Shown piece after piece: positions 46,330 to 56,641 of a stretch of DNA of 61,645 nucleotides. This DNA is from Candidatus Norongarragalinales archaeon (GTDB lineage Archaea; Micrarchaeota; Micrarchaeia; Norongarragalinales; Norongarragalinaceae). The notes under the pieces were generated by a model. The model was not told where the DNA came from and did not search any database. It saw nothing but the letters and a program-made list of their open reading frames with translations. The position numbers and the translations under genes are program-made. Location of the stretch: the NCBI GenBank assembly GCA_038884755.1, contig JAWABJ010000003.1, positions 1-61,645 of the forward strand, written 5' to 3'. The first letter of the stretch is position 1. Every line of letters begins with the position of its first letter.

Positions 46330-46695
46330 TCAGTGGCGCTTGGAAGCAGACAAGCGGGCTTTTTCCAAAAGCATTTCGCCCCAAACGTCTATCGAAGGCA
46401 GGGAATTCGTGGGGCCTAGCTCGTGAACAACAGGAGGGTGACGCTCGCCTCTTATAAAACGCCTGATTTCGTTCAACATTGAAGGCCCGCGGTCCAACGC
46501 CACAATAAGATCGCTGCCTACGAGATGGTGTTGAACATCAAGCAAGTCTTTGTTGTCGTCCATCCCTTTGGGAAGGTGCTCGACGCGAAAAACGCCTGCA
46601 CGCGAGGTTTTCAAAAGCCACGCCCGCATTTCCCCCGCAAGAATGCTGCTTTCCCGGCCTTGCTGGCACACGAACAAAATCCTGGGCTTAAGCAA
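46330..46695 (-). CDS. Small protein with LMW-PTP/PTS-EIIB-like P-loop
   Basis: ILFVCQQGRESS and a later SDLIVALD; the Arg of the CX5R motif is absent. Confidence 0.45.
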   Translation of the reverse strand: MLKPRILFVCQQGRESSILAGEMRAWLLKTSRAGVFRVEHLPKGMDDNKDLLDVQHHLVGSDLIVALDRGPSMLNEIRRFIRGERHPPVVHELGPTNSLPSIDVWGEMLLEKARLSASKRH

Positions 46696-46704
46696 GAAAC
46701 CACC

Positions 46705-48417
46705 TCAAGACGAAAGCACGAACCGCATTTTCTTCTTGTCGTCCAAACGAGCGAAGCCGACGCGGTCGAACTGCACTATCGCGCCTTCCGAAAGCTTTTT
46801 ACACTCTTCCTCGCAAAAGCCGCTTTCGACCGACAGGCTTTTGGGGTTGAAAACGTCGCCTTTCAGCAAATCACCTACAACCACCAACTCTCCCGCAACC
46901 GCGCTTTCCACGGGAACCCACTGGAGTTTTTTAGTCTCGCGCTTTTCTTCCTCGCCCAAATCTTTTCCCGCATACTCGCCGACAATCGAATTGGGCGTTT
47001 TCTTCAAGAGTTTTACGTTGTAAAGCTGTATCAAACGAAAAACCTCGCCTTCCCGTAGGGCATCAACATCGTTTTTGCTCACGTAAAACTCCTTTCGCGC
47101 GTGCAAAACCCGATTGCCCTTATTGGTATGGGGGTTTTTGGGAAGCTTCACGAAAGCTTCCTTCGAGTTTTTCACCAAAAGCTTGACCGGCTTTGCCACG
47201 AAAAAGTAGTGTTCTGCGTCCGGCTCGAGAAGCTTTTTGTTTTCGTTCAACAGCTTTTCGATCGACGGGTTGCTTTCCACCTTGCTCAACCCGAAGCTCA
47301 ACACGAAATTGCAGATTGCTTGAGGCAGAATGCCCCTCCGCTTCATCCCGCGGAGAGAAAGCAAGCGCGGGTCGTCCCAGCCCGAAACCTTCTTTTCCTC
47401 CACGAAAGGCTTCACGAGGCGTTTGCTCAACGCGTTTCCGCGGATGTTCAAGCGCGAGAAATCGTAGACGAACGGCTTGCGCAATTGCAATTTGCCGAGA
47501 ATAAAGTAATACAACTCGTCGCGCAACTCGTATTCCTTAGAGCGAAGTGCGTGCGTTACGCCTTCAAGCGAATCGCTTATGCTAACCTCGAAATCGTAAG
47601 TAGGCCAGGCGCGGTATTTGCTGCCTTGACGGTAGTGCGGGGTCTCGAGAATCCTGAAAAGCGTGGGGTCGCGCATCACGGTGTTGTCGCCCTGCATCTC
47701 TCCCTTCAACCGCAATACCGCTTGCCCTTCGCCCAAAGCTCCGTCAAGCATTTGCTTCCACCCTAAAGAATTTGTTTCGACGTTGTTTGCCCTGCAAGCG
47801 CATTCTTTCTTTTCCATGCGGTTTTGCTTGATTTGCTCTTGGCTGCATACGCATACAAAAGCATCGCCTTGCGAAACCAATTGCTGCGCGAAATCGTAGA
47901 ATTTCGGGATTAAATCGGAGGCATAGCTCTCGCCGTCAAAACGCAAGCCAAGCCACTCGGCGTCTTGCTTTATAGCGTCAACGAACTCCTGCTTTTCCTT
48001 TTCAGGATTCGTGTCGTCAAAACGCAAGAGGAATTTTCCAGAATATTGGCGGGCCAGCTCTGCACTCAAAAACGCGGCTTTCGCGTGCCCCAAATGCAAC
48101 CAGCCGTTAGGCTCGGGCAAAAAGCGCGTTACAACGCGCCCTTCGGCAACGCCCGGCAAAACCCACTTTTCCTTTTTCGCTTCAACCCTTTCGGCGAAAG
48201 CGTATTGCGAAAGCTCTTTCTCCAGCTGCGTTTTAGACAAGGAATTGGCCGCCTCCACCTCAACTGCAATAAGCTGCATCGTAGTGCGCATATCTTTCTT
48301 CGCGTCGGAAAACTCGGCAACAACCTTTCCAGCCACGCTCTTGGCGTCCGCCTTTCCGTAGTCCAAAGCGTTTTTCAAAGCGTGCTTGCGGACAACCCGT
48401 TCGAGAGAATCGGCCAT
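46705..48417 (-). CDS. gltX: Glutamyl-tRNA synthetase (archaeal type)
   Basis: RFLPEPNGWLHLGH, RFDDTNP, LSKR, GWDDPRL, QFDRVGF. Confidence 0.96.
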   Translation of the reverse strand: MADSLERVVRKHALKNALDYGKADAKSVAGKVVAEFSDAKKDMRTTMQLIAVEVEAANSLSKTQLEKELSQYAFAERVEAKKEKWVLPGVAEGRVVTRFLPEPNGWLHLGHAKAAFLSAELARQYSGKFLLRFDDTNPEKEKQEFVDAIKQDAEWLGLRFDGESYASDLIPKFYDFAQQLVSQGDAFVCVCSQEQIKQNRMEKKECACRANNVETNSLGWKQMLDGALGEGQAVLRLKGEMQGDNTVMRDPTLFRILETPHYRQGSKYRAWPTYDFEVSISDSLEGVTHALRSKEYELRDELYYFILGKLQLRKPFVYDFSRLNIRGNALSKRLVKPFVEEKKVSGWDDPRLLSLRGMKRRGILPQAICNFVLSFGLSKVESNPSIEKLLNENKKLLEPDAEHYFFVAKPVKLLVKNSKEAFVKLPKNPHTNKGNRVLHARKEFYVSKNDVDALREGEVFRLIQLYNVKLLKKTPNSIVGEYAGKDLGEEEKRETKKLQWVPVESAVAGELVVVGDLLKGDVFNPKSLSVESGFCEEECKKLSEGAIVQFDRVGFARLDDKKKMRFVLSS

Positions 48418-48450
48418 AAGAAGAAATAGGGGGCGGGAAGCAATAAAAAA

Positions 48451-49458
48451 CTACAGCAACTTCGCTTTCCGCAATTGCGCCACGTTTTTGCTTCGCGTCA
48501 AGAACATCGCTATCGCCAACGCCTTCGTCCAGTCTCGTATTTCTTCCTGCACGCCCTTAGCCCCGCCTTTCGCTTGAGCTTTGATGAAAGGCTGGGCTGC
48601 GCCTGCCAGAGAAGCTCCCAAGCGGATTGATTTTGCAACGTCCAAGCCGTTGCGGACCCCGCCCGACGCTATTACGGGAATCCCGACCGCACGAGAGCAT
48701 TGTTGAAGAGCGACAACAGTAGGAATGCCGAAATCCCAGAAAAGCGCGCCCTGCTTCGCGCCCTTTCGGTATAATTCGATTGCAGTCCAGCTTGTTCCTC
48801 CCGCTCCGGCAACGTCTATCGCCTTAACCCCAGCCCACTCGAGCTCTTTAGCAATCTCTCCGTTCAAACCAGCACCAACTTCCTTTGCAATTACGGGAAT
48901 TCCAAGTCGCGAGCACAAGTTTTCTATCGCCTTCAAAACGCCCTTCCAGTTCTTGTCACCCTCGGGCTGCACAACTTCCTGCAAGGCGTTTATATGCACG
49001 TAAAAAGCGTCGGCTTCCACTTGCTCCGCCAGCCACTCGATTTTTTCTACAGGGTATTGAGTCAATTGCACTGCCCCAATGTTGCCAGCAAGAAAAACCT
49101 TGGGCGCATGCGCCTTTACTTTGTAGGTTTTAGCAAGCTTCGAGTCTTTCAGCATGGGCCTTTGCGAGCCCAACCCCATCATTATGCCTTCCTTTTCACA
49201 GGCAAGGGCAATGTCACGGTTTATTTTCTCCGCCCCAGCGAACCCGCCGGTCATCGACGAAACCAATAACGGCGCGCGCAGCTTGCGCTTCAAGAATACG
49301 GTTGAAGAGTCGACTTCGCTGAAATTCATTTCCGGCAAAGCTTGGTATAGGAAGTCTACGTCGTCAAAGCCAGTGCGCTTGTTTCGAAAATCGATTTTCT
49401 TGTTCAAAACGATGTCGACGTGCTGGGCCTTGCGCTTTTCAATATCCCAAAGTGCCAT
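48451..49458 (-). CDS. fni: Type 2 isopentenyl-diphosphate isomerase
   Basis: RKAQH, SMTGG, GSQR, QEVVQPEGD, KEVG, GAGGTSW. Confidence 0.96.
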   Translation of the reverse strand: MALWDIEKRKAQHVDIVLNKKIDFRNKRTGFDDVDFLYQALPEMNFSEVDSSTVFLKRKLRAPLLVSSMTGGFAGAEKINRDIALACEKEGIMMGLGSQRPMLKDSKLAKTYKVKAHAPKVFLAGNIGAVQLTQYPVEKIEWLAEQVEADAFYVHINALQEVVQPEGDKNWKGVLKAIENLCSRLGIPVIAKEVGAGLNGEIAKELEWAGVKAIDVAGAGGTSWTAIELYRKGAKQGALFWDFGIPTVVALQQCSRAVGIPVIASGGVRNGLDVAKSIRLGASLAGAAQPFIKAQAKGGAKGVQEEIRDWTKALAIAMFLTRSKNVAQLRKAKLL

Positions 49459-49513
49459 AAGAAAACAAAGCGCGCGGCATTAAAAAGTTTGATTGAAAAC
49501 GACAAGCGGCGTA

Positions 49514-50608
49514 TTACGCTTCTTTCCTGACGCCTTCGCTGCTCACGCTCAAATCCAAAACGTTCAAGCCCTTAGCCTGCCAAAACGCCTTCAGCTCGCT
49601 TTTCTTCTCGTCGTTCAAGCAAAACGCGGCAATGCTGTCGCCCCCGCCTGCGCCAGGCAGGCAGCAAACAAAAGCGCCGTTGGAACAACTGTCTTCGCGC
49701 AATTTCGTATAATCATCGCTTTCAATGGGCGCGCCGCTCTTCACGCCCAACTGCTTCTTCAAAAACTGAGAGTAGTCGAACATTTTCTTGAAGTCCGAAA
49801 GGTTTTTGTCGGAAAAGTCGGAAGACAACTTCTTGAGCGTCTCGATCGCAACGACGTTGCAGGCGTTGTACTGCGACATCAACTCGCCATACTCTGCCGG
49901 ATTCGCAGCCTTCCAAGCATTGATTTTCTTGACCATTTCGCTTGTCGAAGTGCTTTTACCCAACGAAGCTACCGCCACTTCAAACTGCCGAGGCAGGGGA
50001 ATTTCACTGGCCTGGTAATCCCAAGGCACTTCAACAACCTGCGGAAACGGGTTGTTTTTCAGAATGTCGGGAGAATAGCGAACGTAGGAAGAAGCGCCAT
50101 AGCAAGCGGCGGCAACGTCAAAACCGCTTCCCACTTTCCCTTGTGCCGCGTTGTGCGCCCACTGGGAAACCTTGTGAATTTGCTCTCTGTTTGCTCGGAC
50201 GGCCAACCCGTGCAATTCAAACAACGCCGCCGCGGTTGCAACACAAACCGCAGCGCTCGAACCCAAACCAGCTTTCACCTCGACTCCGAATTCAGCATCG
50301 CTTTTAGTCTCAAGTTCAAAGTTTTTCAAAGCAATGCCTTTGAAAGCGAAATACTGCAGGCACGCTTCTGCAGTAGTTTTCACGAATTTGGATTTCTCGG
50401 AATCTCCGTTTAAAACGAGCTTGCCGTTCTCGAAAATCCCGCTCGCCTCGAAACCGAATTGCTGAGAGCGCAAAACGGTTTTGTAGTTTTCTTTCGCATC
50501 GGCATAAACCCTCTTGTCCACGCCGGTAATGAAGGAAACGTTCGGGCGTTCCAACACGGCGTATCCGCCCAGCCAAAGGATTTTCCCCGGAGCAGAACAA
50601 ACGGCCAA
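49514..50608 (-). CDS. Phosphomevalonate kinase, ERG8-like
   Basis: SAPGKILWLGGYAVLE, KAGLGSSAA, AHNAAQGKVGSGFDVAAA, PGAGGGD. Confidence 0.88.
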   Translation of the reverse strand: MAVCSAPGKILWLGGYAVLERPNVSFITGVDKRVYADAKENYKTVLRSQQFGFEASGIFENGKLVLNGDSEKSKFVKTTAEACLQYFAFKGIALKNFELETKSDAEFGVEVKAGLGSSAAVCVATAAALFELHGLAVRANREQIHKVSQWAHNAAQGKVGSGFDVAAACYGASSYVRYSPDILKNNPFPQVVEVPWDYQASEIPLPRQFEVAVASLGKSTSTSEMVKKINAWKAANPAEYGELMSQYNACNVVAIETLKKLSSDFSDKNLSDFKKMFDYSQFLKKQLGVKSGAPIESDDYTKLREDSCSNGAFVCCLPGAGGGDSIAAFCLNDEKKSELKAFWQAKGLNVLDLSVSSEGVRKEA

Positions 50609-50626
50609 TTTTTTTCACTTTCAAAA

Positions 50627-51703
50627 TCAATCTAATACCAAGTCTTTCTTTTTCTCGTCGAAATGCGCTTTCAGCACGCCCCCGTCCTCGGAAATCAAAT
50701 GCCCTTCGTCCAAGTATTTGGGGCCGGCGCCCACCTTGCAAACCATTGTTTTGTTCACGCCCTCGATTTCCGAAAGCATTTTCTTGATTGAATCCACTTG
50801 CGACTCGGTAGTGTAGACATGCGCGTTCGGCCCCGCGTCGAACGTATACGCAGCAACAATTTCCCCTTCCGAAGCGTTGTAATCGCCAACCGAATACATT
50901 ATTTGTTTGGAGTAATCGTTGAGGTACATTATCGGCGGCCAAGTGTCGAGCATCACGGCGTGCATGTTGCTCGACTCGCGCATAATCAGTTCCCCGAAAG
51001 TGCCGAAGTCTTTCGCCAACACGCTTTTTTTCACGTTTTCGATGAGCTTGGGCAAATAATCTTGGCGCGATTTGTATAAAACGCTCGTCGCAATAGTCTG
51101 CTTCATTCCAGCGCGGGAGGAAACTTTTTTCTTTCCAGCGTCTACAATCGCGATTACGTTGCGCAACTCGGGCCAGTGGGTGTGCGAAGCTATTTGCATT
51201 GCTACGCTATCGCTTCCATCCGCTTTAGTTCCTTTTTTCCATTCCACGAAACCGCCCAAAACGCTTCGGCACGCAGAGCCGCTTCCAAGCCGCGCGAGAA
51301 TCGAAAGCTCTTGCGCGGAAAGGTTCAGCCCGGCGGCTTTGGAAGCCGCGCAAGCCAAAGCGGCCAAGCCCGCTGCACTTGAGGCAAAGCCTGCGGCAGT
51401 CGGAAATGAATTGTAAGAAACGATTTTAGCTTTCGCCTTTGTTTTCGCTTTAGCGCGTATGACGTCCAACTGTTGCATGCGTTCTGCAGTTTCCTTGTCG
51501 GAAAGGTCCATCTTTGTTCCGTTGAGCCACAACTCGTCTTGAGAAAACTCGTCGGAAAACAATACGCTAGTCCGCGTTTTGAGCTGCTCGTCCATCGTAA
51601 AGCTCAAGCTGCCGTTCATGGGCAAAACCAGCTTTTCGTCGCGCTTTCCCCAGTATTTCACCACGGCAATGTTGGCAGTCGCTTCTGCCGTTGCAACACC
51701 CAC
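50627..51703 (-). CDS. mvaD: Diphosphomevalonate decarboxylase
   Basis: NIAVVKYWGK, FPTAAGFASSAAG, GSGSACRS, KKVSSRAGM, TFDAGPN; likely GTG start at 51703. Confidence 0.92.
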   Translation of the reverse strand: MGVATAEATANIAVVKYWGKRDEKLVLPMNGSLSFTMDEQLKTRTSVLFSDEFSQDELWLNGTKMDLSDKETAERMQQLDVIRAKAKTKAKAKIVSYNSFPTAAGFASSAAGLAALACAASKAAGLNLSAQELSILARLGSGSACRSVLGGFVEWKKGTKADGSDSVAMQIASHTHWPELRNVIAIVDAGKKKVSSRAGMKQTIATSVLYKSRQDYLPKLIENVKKSVLAKDFGTFGELIMRESSNMHAVMLDTWPPIMYLNDYSKQIMYSVGDYNASEGEIVAAYTFDAGPNAHVYTTESQVDSIKKMLSEIEGVNKTMVCKVGAGPKYLDEGHLISEDGGVLKAHFDEKKKDLVLD

Positions 51704-51728
51704 AAACCCACCGTTCAAAATCAAAATA

Positions 51729-52200
51729 TTACGCTGCGTTCTTTAATCCCTTGCCTTTCGCCCCTTCAATCAACTTGAGAAAGTTTTGCAGGGAAGGCGT
51801 GGCCTTGTTCGAATTGACAAGAGCTTTTACTTCGCGGGGAGTGTAAAAGCGCGTGTCTTTCACGTGCACTTCCTCGGCGTTGGGCTTGAACTCGCCTGCA
51901 TAATCGGCTACGAACGGGAAAAACAGGCGGTTGGGAAGGTTTGGGTCCAGGGCGACGGGCTTTTTCCCATGAAACTTAGGGAAATCGCATGCACAAAGTA
52001 ATGATGGGCCTTGTCGACGAAAGGCCGGTCCGCGTAGAACGAGGAATAAGGATACGCCTTCAGTTTTTCGCCGAAAGCTTTCTCTACCTTCCCCTTATGG
52101 CGTTCCAAGGCTTTGGAAGTCACCACGTGGCATTCTTTCGCCGAGTCTAGCACCACGCCGTCGACATCCCCAAACGAAAATCTTCTGTGGGGGAAGGCAT
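51729..52200 (-). pseudogene. Disrupted locus: frameshifted HAD-hydrolase N-terminus joined out of frame to a Nudix-like C-terminus
   Basis: KIFVW/DVDGVVLDS is split by an extra G; another frame lacking an upstream start reads DYAGEFKPNAEEVHVKDTRFYTPREV...*. Confidence 0.55.
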
Positions 52201-52233
52201 GTTAAAATACAAACGCGGGCAAATAAAAAGCGA

Positions 52234-53232
52234 ATGAAAATCTCCGCTTCAGCGCCTACGAAAGTCATCATTTCCGGCGAGCACGCGGTCGTGCACGGCT
52301 GCGTTGCGATAGCAACGCCCCTCGAAAACAGGAATTTAGTTTCAGTCGAAACTACGGACGAAAAGAAAGTCGAAATCAAGCAAAGCGTTTTGCAAGGCTT
52401 TGACGAAGCGACGAACAAAAAACTCTCTGAAGCATTGCAAGCGGAATTTTTGTTCGTGAACCCTTCGAAAGGCGTTGTTTTCGACAGGCGTTATAGCGGA
52501 ATGCCGAAAGGTTGTGGGAATAGCGCAAGCATTGCAGCGGCGTTTGCGTTATGCCTTTACGCCATAGACGACCGCATTCCTTCTTCCCAAGAGTTGTTCG
52601 ACGCCATCCAGGCTTTCGACAAGGTAATGCACGCCAACGCTTCCGGGATAGACGCTAAAACGGTTTCAAGCGGTTCTGCGCTCGTAATGAAGAAAGAGTG
52701 GAATAGCGAAGGCGTGAAATTCGATTTCCAGCATCAAAACCTCGTTTTGCCTACGGGAACGGTTTTGCTCATTATCGACAGGAGCGGGCTTGGGGAAACG
52801 GCTGTGGCGACTGGAGAGCTCGTAACGCTTTTTTCGCAAAAGCTCGTGGGTAAAAACCCGAACGATGTTTCAGACGAAGACAGGAGAAAAATGATTGCGC
52901 CTTTCGAACCCGTTGTCAAAGCAATCATCGAGCAACTGCACGAAGACGGCAACGCAAAAAAACTCGGGGAACTATTCGTAATAAACAACACGCTGCTTTC
53001 GCGAGGCGGAGTAATTCCGGAAAGCATGATGAACACGGTGAAAGAATGCATTCAAGCCGGTTGCTTGGGAGCGAAGGGAACGGGCGCTTGCGGGCCCGGC
53101 GGAGCTGTTATTGCAATAGCGTGGGAGAAAGACGTTCCAACGATAAAACAAAAGCTCGAGGCAAACGGAAAGTACAAGGTTTTGACCGCTACTTTTGCGA
53201 AGCAAGGCCCGCGCGTGGAATCAAGAGAATAG
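52234..53232 (+). CDS. mvk: Mevalonate kinase (divergent)
   Basis: SAPTKVIISGEHAVVHG, HANASGID, GAKGTGACGPGG; cluster context. Confidence 0.85.
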   Translation: MKISASAPTKVIISGEHAVVHGCVAIATPLENRNLVSVETTDEKKVEIKQSVLQGFDEATNKKLSEALQAEFLFVNPSKGVVFDRRYSGMPKGCGNSASIAAAFALCLYAIDDRIPSSQELFDAIQAFDKVMHANASGIDAKTVSSGSALVMKKEWNSEGVKFDFQHQNLVLPTGTVLLIIDRSGLGETAVATGELVTLFSQKLVGKNPNDVSDEDRRKMIAPFEPVVKAIIEQLHEDGNAKKLGELFVINNTLLSRGGVIPESMMNTVKECIQAGCLGAKGTGACGPGGAVIAIAWEKDVPTIKQKLEANGKYKVLTATFAKQGPRVESRE

Positions 53233-54135
53233 CAAGAATACGGCGGGAACGGTAAACAAGCCTATCAACGCGGAAACGAAGAACAACGACGCTGCGAGTT
53301 CGAGGTCCAAATCCTCGCGCGCGGAGTAAGCTACTGTATTGAAGCCGACTGGCGAGGAAAACACCGCCAGCAGAACTGCTTTCGCCACGCCCGTTATCTC
53401 GAAAAACCAAGTGAAAGCCAAGCCTAATGCAAAACCCAAGCCCATTTTGGTTATTACGGAAACTGCGATTACCCGCGAGTTGGAAAACGAAGGTTGGAGG
53501 AATATTCCAGTGGAAATCGCCAAGAGCGGAAAAGACATGGAATCCAAGGGAAGCAAAAGCGCGGAAAGCCAGACTGGAACGTCCCACTGGAACAGCACGA
53601 ACAACAGCCCGAAGACGGAAAAGAAGAAGGGCGGCAGGGACAGTATCCGCCTGACCAGCTGTTCGGAAGAAAGCTTGCCCTTGTTTTTAGGAGAGCTTTC
53701 TGCGGCAACGGCGTAAACCACCGAGAAAATCAGCGGGCTGGCACCCAAAACCATGAGAAAAACTTTCTGCACGCCTTCGGGGCCGAGCATCGGGATTGCA
53801 AAAATCAGCACGAAAGCGGTGTTCAAAATCAAGAGGCTGAGGCGGAAAACTGCGGCTTTCACGTTCGCAAGCCCGAGTGCCTTGCTCAAAACCCTTCCAG
53901 CAACGAGCATCACTCCGACGAAAAAGAACGCAGAGAAAGGAAGAAGCAAGTCGCCGGCAGACACGCGTAGCTTTGCAATCGAAAGAAAGGCGCTTGCTGC
54001 AATGGGAATCAAAAGCGTGAAGTCCAAAAGCTTTTTTCCGAAATCCGCATCGATCAAACCCGTTTTCCTCAAAGCAAAGCCGGACAAAACCAGGAAGAAC
54101 ACGGGTGCGATGACGGAAAAGTCGACGTTCAACAA
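53221..54135 (-). CDS. AEC-family (malate permease/auxin efflux-like) transporter
   Basis: About 10 TMs in two repeats; IAPVFFLVLSGF, NTAFV..P, PPFF, SPVGFN. Confidence 0.75.
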   Translation of the reverse strand: MLNVDFSVIAPVFFLVLSGFALRKTGLIDADFGKKLLDFTLLIPIAASAFLSIAKLRVSAGDLLLPFSAFFFVGVMLVAGRVLSKALGLANVKAAVFRLSLLILNTAFVLIFAIPMLGPEGVQKVFLMVLGASPLIFSVVYAVAAESSPKNKGKLSSEQLVRRILSLPPFFFSVFGLLFVLFQWDVPVWLSALLLPLDSMSFPLLAISTGIFLQPSFSNSRVIAVSVITKMGLGFALGLAFTWFFEITGVAKAVLLAVFSSPVGFNTVAYSAREDLDLELAASLFFVSALIGLFTVPAVFLLFS

Positions 54136-54145
54136 AACCAGCCTT

Positions 54146-55429
54146 TCACTTCAATTCCGTCAGCAATTCCTGAGCCCTTTGCATGCTCACGTTCTTTTCC
54201 GCAGCCATTTTGGCGGCTATTTCTTCTATCGCTTTTCCTTTGGCGCCGGCCATCACGGCAATGTTCTTCGCATGCAGTTTCATGTGCCCCGCGTTTATAC
54301 CAGTAGTAACCATCGCCCGCAATGCTGCAAAGTTTTGCGCCAAACCCACGCTCGCCATTACGCAAGCCAATTCCCTCGCGCTTTTCACGCCAAGAATCTT
54401 CAATGAAATTTGAGCCAAAGGGTGGGTTTTCGTCGCCCCGCCGATTACGCCTACTGCAACGGGCAGTTCTATTTCCCCCACCAAATCGCCGTCCTTGCTT
54501 TTCGAGTATTTCGTCAAAGGCAAATATTTGCCCGTAATGCAAGCGTAAGCGTGCGCTCCCGCTTCCACCGCGCGCCAGTCGTTGCCCGTAGCAATCGCAA
54601 CAGCATCAATTCCGTTCATTATGCCTTTGTTGTGCGTAGCACAGCGATACGCATCGCCGCAAGCGAAAGCCCAAGCGTCTAGAATACCTTCGACTATTTC
54701 CTCGCCAGCGGTTTTACCGTCCGCGCTTTTTTCCAGCGCTTCTTTGCTCCATACGGCTTTTGCACGCGCCAAACGCTTGGTAGCAAGATTACTTATGATT
54801 TTCAATTTCGAATTACCGCCAGTCAACTCTTCAAGCTTGGGTGAAATCGCTTCGCATATTGTATTGACCGCATTCGCGCCCATCGCATCCAAAACATTCA
54901 CTTCTAGATAAACAATGAGCATTTTCCCCCTAGGCGTGTCGATTTCTTTTGAAGTCAAATCCAAAGGGCCACCGCCAAACTTCAACAAAACAGGGTCTTT
55001 GGCTTTAGCCATTTCCAAAAGCTCGCTCTTTGCAGCGTGGATTTTCTTCTTGGCAGAATCAAAATCCTTTATCCCGACCAACTGGATTTGCCCGAACATT
55101 ATCGGCGAATCCGCTTCTGCAGTAAAACCGTCCGAATCTCGGCATAGTTTGGCGGCGTTGCTTGCCGCTGCAACAACGCTCGGCTCTTCAATCGCGAAAG
55201 GAATCAAGTAATCGCGGCCGTTGATTTTAAAGTTCGTTGCAACGCCCAAAGGCAGAGGAAGCGTGGAATAAACGTTTTCAATCATGCGGTTCGCGGTTTC
55301 GAAGTCGAGAGAGCCGTGCTTCTTGAGCAAAGAAATTTCGCTGTCGCTCAAGCCCGCGAAACCCTTGATTGCGGAAAGCCGTTCTTCCAAGCTCTTCTTG
55401 TAGAAACCTTCGATTGAAGACGATTTCAT
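54146..55429 (-). CDS. mvaA: HMG-CoA reductase, class II
   Basis: ENV...PLGVA, EEPSVVAAAS, DAMGAN, THNKGIMNG, GNDWRA, GHMKLH. Confidence 0.95.
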   Translation of the reverse strand: MKSSSIEGFYKKSLEERLSAIKGFAGLSDSEISLLKKHGSLDFETANRMIENVYSTLPLPLGVATNFKINGRDYLIPFAIEEPSVVAAASNAAKLCRDSDGFTAEADSPIMFGQIQLVGIKDFDSAKKKIHAAKSELLEMAKAKDPVLLKFGGGPLDLTSKEIDTPRGKMLIVYLEVNVLDAMGANAVNTICEAISPKLEELTGGNSKLKIISNLATKRLARAKAVWSKEALEKSADGKTAGEEIVEGILDAWAFACGDAYRCATHNKGIMNGIDAVAIATGNDWRAVEAGAHAYACITGKYLPLTKYSKSKDGDLVGEIELPVAVGVIGGATKTHPLAQISLKILGVKSARELACVMASVGLAQNFAALRAMVTTGINAGHMKLHAKNIAVMAGAKGKAIEEIAAKMAAEKNVSMQRAQELLTELK

Positions 55430-55581
55430 GATTTAACAAAGCGAACGGGAAAATTTAAACCATCGTTCGTTTGGCGTTTGACGAGTTTGACGATTGCCGA
55501 AGTGCGATGAGCTTTTTAAGCGCCGCGGGCAGTATTCTCTTTTCTAAACAGTCATCCGCACTCTAGTCGTGAAAAAAAAAA

Positions 55582-56634
55582 ATGGTTAACGGAAAGGTTG
55601 GAATAGTCGGGTACGGCGCTTACGTCCCGCGCTACCGCATTACTGCCGAGGAAATAGCGCGCGTTTGGAACAAAGACGGAAAGAGGATAAGCGCCGGCCT
55701 CGGGGTAAAAGAAAAGGCGGTCGCCGCGTGGGACGAAGACTCCGCAACAATAGCGGTGCAAGCCGCGCGTTACGCCATTGAAAGCTCTAAAACCGACCCC
55801 ACGAGCATAGGCGCGATTTTCATAGGCTCTGAATCCAAGCCTTACGCGGTAAAGCCCACCGCAACTGTGGTGGCGCAAGCTTGCGGTTGCGACGGAAACC
55901 TCACTGCAGCCGATTTCGAATTCGCGTGCAAGGCTGGAACCGTAGGAATGCAAGCGTGCATGGGAATGGTGGCGAGCGGAATGATCAAAATCGGGCTGGC
56001 CATAGGCGCGGACACCGCGCAAGGAAGGCCCAACGACGCGTTGGAATTCACCGCAGGAAGCGGCGGAGCGGCGTTTTTGATTGGCGAAGACAAGCCTCTC
56101 GCGCTGTTGAACCATACGCTTTCGTATACTACCGACACGCCCGACTTTTGGAGAAGGCAGCATGCCGAGTTTCCGAAACACGCCGGGCGCTTTACAGGCG
56201 AGCCTGCGTACTTCAAGCACGTTTTGACTGCTTCGAAAGCGCTTTTGAAAAAAGCTAAAACAACGCCCAAAGACTACGATTACGCCGTATTCCACCAGCC
56301 TAACGGCAAATTCCCGCTGAAAGCAGGCGCGGACTTGGGTTTTGAAAAGGAAAAAATCGAGGCGGGATTGCTTACGCCAGTGATAGGCAATACTTACAGT
56401 GGCGCGAGCATGATAGGCTTGGCAGCTGTGTTGGACATCGCTAACGAAGGCGACAGGATTTTCCTGTGCTCGTACGGAAGCGGAGCCGGAAGCGACGCTT
56501 TCGACATAACCGTCACAAAAGAAATCTCGCACAAGAGAAGCAAGCACAAGCTTGCAGAGCAAATAAACGAAAAACAAAATTTGGATTACGCTACTTACGC
56601 GAAATTCCGCAAGAAAATCAAGGATTTGGAGTAG
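55582..56634 (+). CDS. HMG-CoA synthase (archaeal type)
   Basis: [41 protein letters not shown]. Confidence 0.95.
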   Translation: MVNGKVGIVGYGAYVPRYRITAEEIARVWNKDGKRISAGLGVKEKAVAAWDEDSATIAVQAARYAIESSKTDPTSIGAIFIGSESKPYAVKPTATVVAQACGCDGNLTAADFEFACKAGTVGMQACMGMVASGMIKIGLAIGADTAQGRPNDALEFTAGSGGAAFLIGEDKPLALLNHTLSYTTDTPDFWRRQHAEFPKHAGRFTGEPAYFKHVLTASKALLKKAKTTPKDYDYAVFHQPNGKFPLKAGADLGFEKEKIEAGLLTPVIGNTYSGASMIGLAAVLDIANEGDRIFLCSYGSGAGSDAFDITVTKEISHKRSKHKLAEQINEKQNLDYATYAKFRKKIKDLE

Positions 56635-56641
56635 AGCGAAA

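Noticed and set aside
55572..55582. Poly-A runs before start codons as phase-variation tracts
   Set aside because: A-runs precede many housekeeping starts here (pyrC, rps8e, the DHH gene, rps15) and lie outside coding frames.
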